DNA of 64,000 nucleotides from Gordius albopunctatus (taxonomy: Eukaryota): NCBI GenBank assembly GCA_964276515.1, contig OZ193909.1:20646001-20710000 (forward strand). Reading direction: 5' to 3'. The translations under genes were made by a program, and so were the position numbers. The notes under the pieces were generated by a model. It was given only the letters and a program-made list of their open reading frames with translations. It had not been told where the DNA came from and searched no databases. Shown piece by piece: positions 55,079-64,000 of this stretch (position 1 is its first letter; each line of letters begins with the position of its first letter).

Positions 55079-55375
55079 TCTATATATATAAAGTAAAGTC
55101 TATGTATGTATGTAAGGGCTAAATTCTGAAACTACCGGCCCGATTCGCGTGAAAATTTAACCATAGATGCCCAGGGCGGCCAGGGGTAAAATAGCTTTTT
55201 CAGAATCCTAAAATTCCTTTTAGTTTTAAAAATATGGGCTTTTAGTTTTAAAAAATGGCTTAATTCTGAAACTACCGGCCCGATTCGCGCGAAAATTTAG
55301 CCGTAGATGCCCAGGGCGGCCAGGGGTAAAATAGCTTTTTCAGATTCCTAAAATACCTTTTCGTTTTAAAAATAT
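55079..55375 (+). mobile_element. Helitron-like 5' end with an internal direct repeat (~140-bp period)
   Basis: TCTATATATATAAA start, GTAT microsatellite, then GGCTWAATTCTGAAACTACCGGCCCGATTCGCG repeated at ~55117 and ~55257. Confidence 0.55.
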
Positions 55376-57526
55376 CGGAGATTTCCCGGCCAGTTTCATT
55401 TATAGCAGCATATACAATAATGACGTCATACATACAAGGCTGAAGTTTTCTCGAATTAGATATTTAAAAGTATAATAAAAATGTTACAGTATACGGTCAA
55501 AATTATTGGGATTTAACAAACTATTTAAATCAAATAAATAATATTTAAATTATTATCACGTGGTCGATCATGGAAGCATATTTTTAATAATTATCCATCC
55601 TTCAATTAATTATTTTATTATATTAAAGAAAATTGTATTTCAAATTAATCAGCTAACTAGAAAAATAAAATAATGGTATTATTGTATAATAAGCAGGTTT
55701 TGAATTAGAGGGGGGGGGGGCAGATTTTTAGAAAAAAAAATTCACAATTTGGCCAATGGTCATTTTTTTCATTGATCAGTAGCCAGGACACGGTCAAAAA
55801 GTCATATTATCAATGGTATTAACAAGAACAATAAATTAATTTAATTTAAAAAAAAAATTTCCCCTCTTCGAGTATGGAACCAGCAATTAAGATACATGTT
55901 GGACTGACGGACAACAAAAACCGAGCCCATAAATTGCATAGCAATTAATAAATGCATGCTATGAAAATTAAAAATACGATAGCCAAAGATAAAACAAGTT
56001 TTATTATTAACAAATTAAGTAAAATATAACATTATTAATTCTCTAGATTTTAAGAGGAAATGACTTATCCAGAATTGGCCAAATATTGCCTCTTTCCTAT
56101 TTAAAATACATAGTCACGCTCTTGATTACATAAGACATGATTCGCTAGTAGCACTGGACCCAAAAACATTATATATTGCTGTTGGTAATTATATTATGAA
56201 GATTTATAATTAAAACGAATACTTCTCATTTTGGTCATTAGAAGAAATATCTTTAAAAAATGAATTAATTTTAAATATTTGTGGTTGCAATACCACCTTA
56301 ATTTAGAGTGTCACCTCAAGGAACAAAGTCTGTTCCACAAAGGCATAAATTATTTAGGATTCGTGTGAACGGGCATGTTACAATGTAGAAATCCTATATA
56401 TAGAAGGCAGTTGGTTGATTTTTACGAAAACTATAGGCCGCGTATATTTATTCTGTGTAGAAAGCTTAAAATTTTAATTAACCATAGGCGAAAATCAACT
56501 TTATCATCGGACAAAGGGTGGTTCGATTGATGAGTGTGATAAATAACTGACTACTAACTTTCTATTTTTTATTTATTTATGATAAGATACACACCTAATT
56601 TTAAAACTTGTCTTTAAGACACAGTAATTACGAATAAATAAACAAATCAGTCTCGGTATCTGACTGAAATCGACATTAATGAAATTAAATTAGGCGCCAA
56701 TAATCCAATTAGTCTTATTGAATAAAATTAATTATGTTGAATCCCAATTTCACACTAAATCATCGCGTGACTACAATCAACAAATTAATTCCCAAATACC
56801 CGAGGAATAGGTATAACAAGATGCGCATTGTAATAATTCAAGAAAAAACATGCAAATTAAAAGGAGGATTTCATTATTGTCATGCTCAAAATAATTGCTT
56901 TTTACGATTGCGTAAATCTAAGCTCTAATTTAAGTTATTCTATAGGTTTAAGAGGAGGAGATTTTACTATAATCTTTCTTATACAATATATTAAGGATGT
57001 CAGGCCGCCTAATCTAAAAAGCTAGTCACATTTTATAGCTGATGCAAAAATCTTATACTATGGTAAGCTCATAATTTTGTTGCCTAGTTTTATATAGTAT
57101 TCCCTTTTTAATAGCTGACCTATCATTCACCAGTTTAAATTGGTAATTATATATCGTGTCATCTAATGCTAAAAAATCATTATGATTTGTTTTATAGACG
57201 GATCTTAAATAGGAGAATTGACATAAAAGCCCAAAGCATCTGTACAATTAATCTACATATAATAATTTCCTGGCAATTTTAATATTGTTCATTATTAGAT
57301 ATAAATAAAGGTGAGTCATATTACGCCTGCGTCAATCTATATTATGACATCCTAATATAATCTAATTGAACTAATTATATTAAGTATTTATTATACACAT
57401 ATGACTTTATTTTGGACATTATTCCTTAATGTATAGTATCCCATATTTAATATTGATTGGAGGAAGGGTACATCATATATCTATCATTAATTTTTTTTCC
57501 TTGATAATACAACCTCGTCTCTAACA

Positions 57527-58768
57527 ATGTTGTTGGGTTACAGACAAGATCCACTTTATGAATCAGTTCATAAATCTGTTAAATGTTATTATACCTTTAT
57601 CCTACCATTTCAATCTTTGTTAGGTTTGATGTGCGATGCCTTAATTTTATATACTAAGAAGCGATATCCATTGTTGTTCGTTCACCCTCTTTACCTTATC
57701 ATAATACAAATAGTTTGGGCTAATTTGGGATCAAATATCTGCCTAATTATACAAAGTTTGGATTACATCGGACGACACAAAATTCCAGTGTGGTGGAGTC
57801 ATTCAAATCCCTGGATTTATTACATATTTCACACAAATTATTACCTAGTCGAATGTTTTACCCGAGCCTCTTTATTTTTTTTAATATTCGTATCTATTAA
57901 TTTGACCATCATGCTGGTTGCGCCATTGAAATATCGTGTGATAGTCACAAGGAAACGAATTATAATTGCCACTCTTTGCAGCTATCTACTAATTATGATC
58001 CTTAATTTTCCATCGATTTTTCAAGCTCACGTGGTTTTGTTATCCTCACAAGATTATTATTTCGGGCGACGTAACAATGCGACTGAAAATTCGTTGAGCT
58101 TAGAAGACCATCCTCACCTTAATACAACGGAGTTTATTAATTATGATGGGATTTACCGAAAGCCGTGGAAGGAAATTACGTTATCGGCATTTCCATTATG
58201 TACTATTATAATTTCGTGCGCAATCAACATTATGCTTTTGAAACACAAGGTGAAGTGTCAAAGATCTGAAAGCGATACAAGTTGCAAAACTGTAAGTACC
58301 AGTTTGCAAAATAATGATTCTTCAACGACTTCATTAAGTGTTAAAGGGAAAGGTGTTAAGCATTTGATTAACTTAACGAGGAATGATATAAACCTTAAAT
58401 TAATATTCCATATGGCCCCATGCAATTTAAAGAATATCCCGTGTGCAGGTGTAAGAAAGAGCCGTGGATTGGATGATAAGAAGATAAGAACCTATATTTT
58501 ACTTTCCCTATTTATCGTTGTCTTGAATGCTATCCTAATTACACCGAACTGTGTTGTAACTTGGCTCAAAGTTAATGAAGCAACCTTGAAAGTTCCAATT
58601 TCCAGCCTGACATTATTTTATGTGTTGAGCAAAGTGTCTAACGTTTTATACAACCTCGTTAGTTTCATAAACTTTTTGATCCTAATAGTCAGCAATAATT
58701 CATTTCGGATTTTTTTGTTTAGAGAATTGTGTCCAAATCACCTGTTTAACAGATTAAAGCGTTTTTAA
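57527..58768 (+). CDS. Intronless 7TM class A-like GPCR (peptide/chemosensory receptor-like)
   Basis: 413-aa ORF with seven hydrophobic segments, ..VAPLKYRVIVTRKR after TM3 and SFINFLILIVSNNSFR at TM7/helix 8. Confidence 0.8.
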   Translation: MLLGYRQDPLYESVHKSVKCYYTFILPFQSLLGLMCDALILYTKKRYPLLFVHPLYLIIIQIVWANLGSNICLIIQSLDYIGRHKIPVWWSHSNPWIYYIFHTNYYLVECFTRASLFFLIFVSINLTIMLVAPLKYRVIVTRKRIIIATLCSYLLIMILNFPSIFQAHVVLLSSQDYYFGRRNNATENSLSLEDHPHLNTTEFINYDGIYRKPWKEITLSAFPLCTIIISCAINIMLLKHKVKCQRSESDTSCKTVSTSLQNNDSSTTSLSVKGKGVKHLINLTRNDINLKLIFHMAPCNLKNIPCAGVRKSRGLDDKKIRTYILLSLFIVVLNAILITPNCVVTWLKVNEATLKVPISSLTLFYVLSKVSNVLYNLVSFINFLILIVSNNSFRIFLFRELCPNHLFNRLKRF

Positions 58769-60619
58769 AAATGTTAACGAAATGTTATATATATTTGTAA
58801 ATATCTTTATTCGTTAATTCCAACTTTTTTATACGATATTGTATGCAGGCGGGTAGCCAGGATTTTCTCTCGGAAGGAAAGAGGGGGGGCGGGAATTTCC
58901 AAAAAATTTTATAACATTTTTATTTCAACATCAAAATTATAAAATCTGGTATAAAACATGAAAAAGTCATTATAAATAATTAACTTGGTCAGTTACGTTG
59001 CACAAATATAAACTTTAGATATAAAATATTTTTTTTATAAAAAATCTGTGGGGGCCCCGTCATTTACGCCATTATTTGTATGTGATTTCATTTTTTTTTA
59101 TTTAGTATAAATAAACCTTAATGTATTTATAAGTCGTTTTAGTATATTTTCATTCAATTACATCTTATTAATTCATTTGCAATCGTCCATCGGACTTTTG
59201 TAAATTCACGAGAATTGTTTTTTTAAATGATGTTTTATAGAAATAGATCAAATTATAATTTAGGCGCAGTAATATAATTTTCGTTTGAAATCTCTACGAC
59301 TTGTAAATAAGACTTCTCTTGCTTGAGTTAACTTCAAGTTTCATACTTTAGGATAGCTTTAGCTATGTATGTGCTAATCTTATTTAATCATCGTTTTAGG
59401 GGCATAAGTGTAAACTGTTAAAGAAGTTCTAGAAAATTTGAAAACGTTATTGTATTGAAATTTATAAATTTTAATGTATAATAAAAGGGTGCGTGAAAAG
59501 GTTGTTAGGGCTTTTGCAGATGTAGCATTCCACTATATGACCTGATGCACACATCGTGTACAAGAATGATGAAAGCAACGACGCCTACTTGTAGTACCGA
59601 ACGCCATAATTTTTTTCATATTATTACTAAGCAAAAAACTTGAGTAGATATTTATTGGCTAAAATTATTATTAATTAGAAGGAAAGCACTTGCAACTACA
59701 TCTTTTGATGGCTTGATAAAACGTGTGTTAATCAAAATGATATGTTGTTGTTATACAACTGATTATACCAAATTTCAAATCATTTGTGTTGTAACCGCAA
59801 ACTACTTATTTGCCTATTATGTCATCCACTGGCGCCGCCACTATTTGACATCTCTTATTTTACCGTTAAAATAAGGTATAAACGTATCTTTTAGTGTAAG
59901 CGAAGAGATTATTTTGGTACATTTCGTAATCCTATTACATACACATACACCCAACTCTATTTTAATCCTAATTTGTAAGTGATAATTCATCATTTTAGAA
60001 AACGCTATTAAACAATTTAAGATTTAAAAAAATGCAATTTCTAATAAAAAGGCATCGCAAAAGTATACTAATTTCAGAGGCTCGGGTCGGGTGTACTTTT
60101 ACCTACTTTCACATTTTGTTGGTGCCAACAAACCTTTTTTTCGAGAAAAGAAATCCATATACATTTACCAAATTCCTATTATTAAAGGGAAAAAAAATTA
60201 TTGAAAAATTAATATAGCTGTTTTTTGGCACATGATTTAATGAAAGAGATTTAATAATCAATAAATTGCATTTTATAACCACAAAACTTTATTAGTTTAT
60301 TCAGTATAAAGTCAAAAATTTATGTGAATGCCAAAAGGAATATATTTTAAGCACTGATAAATATGTTACAAATAAAATTTTGGCCTTTTAAAAACAATAA
60401 CCCCACTATTGTTAACACTGTTAGCTTTAAAATTCATGGAGTTTGAAAACTGATTCACTTTTAAATCTAGTAGTTTGTTATAAGAGAAGGATATCGACAT
60501 TTTAAATACATATTTCTACTCTTAATAAAAATGATATAATCCATACATTGCAATAATAAGGATCAATAATCTATAAACAATTGTTATGTTTTAATTACTC
60601 TGTTGGGACTGGGAATCTT

Positions 60620-61112
60620 TATTTACTAGGTTCATGTATTGACATGTGTCGTAGATATGCTGCTGACGTAGGTGAATACTTGACTTCAAAATTCCCTTGA
60701 ACCACTACTCAGTGACCTTGGGTATCGGGTGGTTGACCCAATTAACCTCTTTACAATGGTACACATGGTCTAATATTTTTCGGTCGTCTGAAGCGTTGAA
60801 GGGAAATAGGTCGTAACCAAAAGTGATCGTGAGAAAGGAGCGCTTAGTAATCAACGCATGTCGGTGTCCGAAGTCACATAGTAGGCAGTCATGTTAAGGT
60901 GACGAAGGTACACCGCATAAGCCGTCATGACCCATCTCTGATTACATATTCCCACCGCCCTGTATGTATGCTACCATGTCTGACATCAAACAATATATAA
61001 TCGCACGTATTAAAATCAGCTATGTTATAAACCCCTGAAGCCCCGCCTGCATGTCGTAAGTAGCCTGGTATATTGGATAATTCCTCTATTGCCCCGGCGC
61101 GGGAGCTACGTC
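60620..61112 (-). pseudogene. Degenerate, truncated N-terminal part of totivirus RdRp ORF (EVE)
   Basis: The -1 frame after the capsid reads *RSSRAGAIEELSNIPGYLRH..ADFNTCDYILFDV. Across frameshifts it continues AYAVYLRHLNMTAYYV, FGYDLFPFNASDDRKILDHVY and TSAAYLRHMSIHE, which resemble toti-like Pol N-terminal motifs. No GDD core is present. Confidence 0.7.
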
Positions 61113-63599
61113 AAAATTCTCATTTTGTAAGTCGTATGTCGCCCTAATGTAGGCTGTATACTGAGCTGTTCCTGTGTCAGGTACAGTAGTAAGTGCATTG
61201 TGAGTAGATCTGGACCCCTCACTGCTTGGTGGTATGGGGCGATCTTTATAGTTGTTACCCTCTAATAAGTATACCGCGTTGCGCTGCCAGCAATACCACA
61301 AATCCACGTTTTCGGCTAGCGGGGGTTGAGTCCCAAAGCAGTGTTCCCGTTCTTGTTGGTCTATGACAACGTAGGATAACATCTCGACGTTGTCAGTATA
61401 TGCTGGAGGGTGTGCAATCTCAGTCTTGTTTGGTGCCCACATAGTGAGCGATGTATTGTTACCTGGTGCGTAATAGCTTATGTCGAAGCCTTGCCATCGC
61501 CCGACCACCCCGTGCGCCCACAAGTCGTAATAATCAATACCAATGCATAGTCTACCTTTGTACGGCTTCCTCGCAAGCGCTCCGCGAATAAAGACGGTGT
61601 ACAGTGGGGTTCCTTTGAGTAGACTACCTTCGAGCCCGGCAATCATGGGGGTGCCACTCGGTTGAGGAAGCTTCTTAAAAACGAGGGTTCTGGTACAGGA
61701 GTTATATTCATACCCGTACGATGTGAAGTCGGCACTGGTCGAAGTTAGTTGTAGCCCATCGTTAATCACATTGTCGAGGCCCTTCTCTATCATGGGGTCA
61801 GGGCACCGGAAGATGCTAGTCCTGGCTGTCCTACCAGTGACAGCAGTGATAAGGGCTGTGGCACGATACTGTTCCTGAATTCCTGAAATAATATCAAGTT
61901 CTTTTTGTAAAAGTAGGTGTGCGGAGCACTGCCTATTTATCATGTAAATATATTCTCCGTGACACCATGCTGCATTTATAAAGTTTGACACAGTGTACTG
62001 AGTCAGTAGACTTGTATTTAATCCATAGAAGAAGTTTATGGCATCTTGACTTATACTGACATGGTCACACCTCGCTAATTGGGCCACCACTGCTCCGCGC
62101 ATACCTAGTGTGGGTAGACTGAGCATTTTGGTAATCCTGGGCCAGAATCGTCCCTCAACTGAGTCATGCATGGGTTGGGCTATGAACCACATAGCCTGTT
62201 GCATCCCGTGCATGAAATCTTCGTACACGCGGTGATTTATTGTAAGCTTCTCGATCACCGAGATAATTAATTGCTGCGTTACATTGACCTCAAACTGATC
62301 CGGGATTATGGGACAATTGACAGCCCCTATAATGTCGGTCGTTCGCTTACCGTTTGGTATTGGTTCAATAAGTACAATATCCTGGTCTATAAAGAATGGT
62401 GTTGACCTTGTATTGCCTTTAAGTGCATAAGCAAGCACAGCTACTTGTTGATGGCTGAACCCCCTTAAGTTGACGTAGTATTTGTAGTCAACAAGGGTCT
62501 TGTAGGCTGTCTCGTCCTGAGGCCAAATTGTTTTGATTGGGCCGAAAAGTGACGTCGACGGGTCATAAGTGTATTTGAATCGGTTAGCATCAATCGGGAA
62601 GTAACCGTTTGTGAATCCATAATCGATACCCCCTGCTGTCCGATCAATTACTGTATGGCAGTCTTCATATATAGGGTATGCCCAACACGATGTGTGTAGT
62701 GTGAGGGGCAGGAGCATCGGTGATGCGATTAGGTTATGGTATGTCGGATCAACTGGTAATCCGTCAGCTAGTCGGCCTGTGTCGAAGTACTCACGTTCAA
62801 TAGCTGTAGGCATGTACCGATATGGTAGGCCATCTGCTGCCGGTTGTTCTTCTGGTTTTAGTGCGCGCTCGTGAGCTCGCACTCTGTTCAGGTAACCATC
62901 AAGGTGGTTCTTGATTGTAGCTGCGTGTTGGTTCCAAATCGAGTGGGTAGCTGGGATGGGTCCAAACTGCAGAACTATGATTGGTGTGAGTTCTGTCACA
63001 ATAAGCGAGTTTTGGAGGTGGAGACAGGTGTTGAGAAACGGGATACTCAACTGGGTTTCGACATTATGCCTAGAGTTTTTTGAAAACATGTCTAGCAGGT
63101 AAACCTGTTGTATTAACATGGTGAATAGTGCAGAGTAGTTTTCATATGCGTCACGCATAAATGTGTCGTTGAAAAATTTATCAAGATACGGATCTCGATG
63201 ATAGTATTCTGTGGTTATGGCACGCAACAACCCGAAATTGGAGTTGGTACTGAGATTGGCCTTCCAGATGCATGGTGGGCCATAGATGTTAACGTTTGTA
63301 ACTGTCATGACTGGGATTCGCTCTTCTAGCCTTCTGTTGAGTACGTCGTTATACTCAGATTTGACTTCATACCTCCCGCCTTTTTTAGCGAGGTCAAGAT
63401 TTCCAACTTTCTCCAAGTCTCCAGACCGATCCGCTTTATAACATAGACCGAACGTTGCCTGTCCCTTAGCTACTCCGCAGGCCTGTAAGTCAAGGTCTAC
63501 CCTGATAAGGGCCGACCCATCAACAAAGAAGTTTGGTCTGACATTGTGAGGCACAAAACCTTTAACGTTGAAAGGATCAAATATATAGGGGTTTGACAT
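61086..63599 (-). CDS. Totivirus (ScV-L-A-like) major capsid protein, endogenous viral element, 837 aa
   Basis: Collinear matches to recalled L-A Gag: YENYSALF~YDNHVALL, PIYEDCH~PMYHDGH, YVNLRGFS..TRSTPFFID~YLDVRPLT..HRRTNLAID, NHRVYEDF..QPMHDSVEGRFW..LSLPTLG~HNRLYNQF..KPVPNCAEGYAW..VNIPKFG, DLWAHGVVGRWQGFD~EAWKLAWALRVAGYD. Intronless and GC-rich against AT-rich flanks. First ATG at 63599 in ACCATG context; the ORF track starts at an upstream GTG. Confidence 0.9.
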   Translation of the reverse strand: MSNPYIFDPFNVKGFVPHNVRPNFFVDGSALIRVDLDLQACGVAKGQATFGLCYKADRSGDLEKVGNLDLAKKGGRYEVKSEYNDVLNRRLEERIPVMTVTNVNIYGPPCIWKANLSTNSNFGLLRAITTEYYHRDPYLDKFFNDTFMRDAYENYSALFTMLIQQVYLLDMFSKNSRHNVETQLSIPFLNTCLHLQNSLIVTELTPIIVLQFGPIPATHSIWNQHAATIKNHLDGYLNRVRAHERALKPEEQPAADGLPYRYMPTAIEREYFDTGRLADGLPVDPTYHNLIASPMLLPLTLHTSCWAYPIYEDCHTVIDRTAGGIDYGFTNGYFPIDANRFKYTYDPSTSLFGPIKTIWPQDETAYKTLVDYKYYVNLRGFSHQQVAVLAYALKGNTRSTPFFIDQDIVLIEPIPNGKRTTDIIGAVNCPIIPDQFEVNVTQQLIISVIEKLTINHRVYEDFMHGMQQAMWFIAQPMHDSVEGRFWPRITKMLSLPTLGMRGAVVAQLARCDHVSISQDAINFFYGLNTSLLTQYTVSNFINAAWCHGEYIYMINRQCSAHLLLQKELDIISGIQEQYRATALITAVTGRTARTSIFRCPDPMIEKGLDNVINDGLQLTSTSADFTSYGYEYNSCTRTLVFKKLPQPSGTPMIAGLEGSLLKGTPLYTVFIRGALARKPYKGRLCIGIDYYDLWAHGVVGRWQGFDISYYAPGNNTSLTMWAPNKTEIAHPPAYTDNVEMLSYVVIDQQEREHCFGTQPPLAENVDLWYCWQRNAVYLLEGNNYKDRPIPPSSEGSRSTHNALTTVPDTGTAQYTAYIRATYDLQNENFDVAPAPGQ

Positions 63600-64000
63600 G
63601 GTAGGAGTAAATTGAGAAGTCGAATAATTATCTGGCAAGTTGGGGAGGAGCAAATATTTTCCCAACCTTCTCGTCAACACGTTGAGTTATCGACGCTAGT
63701 TTTGGAAAACTTTTTTTCTTATGTTTCCGCGATAACCGCGTTTTTGATACGACTATACATACTCTGTTAATGCGGATGCGTCGTACGCATTCCGATGCGT
63801 TTATCTTCTTTGGTTTGTCCCCCTAAAAAATATTTTTTTAACAAGTTTGTTTATTTATTTGTAGAAATAAACACTATAAATAAAAACAGACATAGAATAA
63901 AAAGAATAATATATTATGTATACATAAATATTTATCCGAGTTTGAAGGCTGGTCAGAGATCACCCAGGGATTTGAAATTCTATTTAGCAATATTAGGATG

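Noticed and set aside
63600..63680. 27-aa N-terminal extension of the capsid in the ORF track
   Set aside because: It starts at GTG; the first ATG (63599) has a good eukaryotic context.

Overview
AT-rich eukaryotic DNA, probably from an invertebrate animal (it carries an arginine kinase), with very short introns (many 30-45 nt) and dense transposon relics (hAT/MITE, RTE, CRE-like, Gypsy, Helitron-like). Host genes reconstructed by hand: MANBAL-like, PYROXD1 (multiply disabled), ABTB1, CHCHD7/COX23, arginine kinase with a duplicated alternative first coding exon, RPP14, PRPF4 and an intronless 7TM receptor. CHCHD7 and RPP14 are absent from the ORF track. The standout is a GC-rich endogenous totivirus (L-A-like dsRNA virus) insert at ~60.6-63.8 kb. 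It has an uninterrupted 837-aa capsid ORF that keeps a candidate cap-snatching His. The adjacent RdRp is decayed and truncated, and the -1 frame hits a stop right after the putative slippery site. That pattern suggests a possibly domesticated viral capsid gene. Also notable: the MANBAL-like ORF overlaps the PYROXD1 start out of frame, suggesting a bicistronic transcript. All family assignments come from recalled protein motifs, not database searches.
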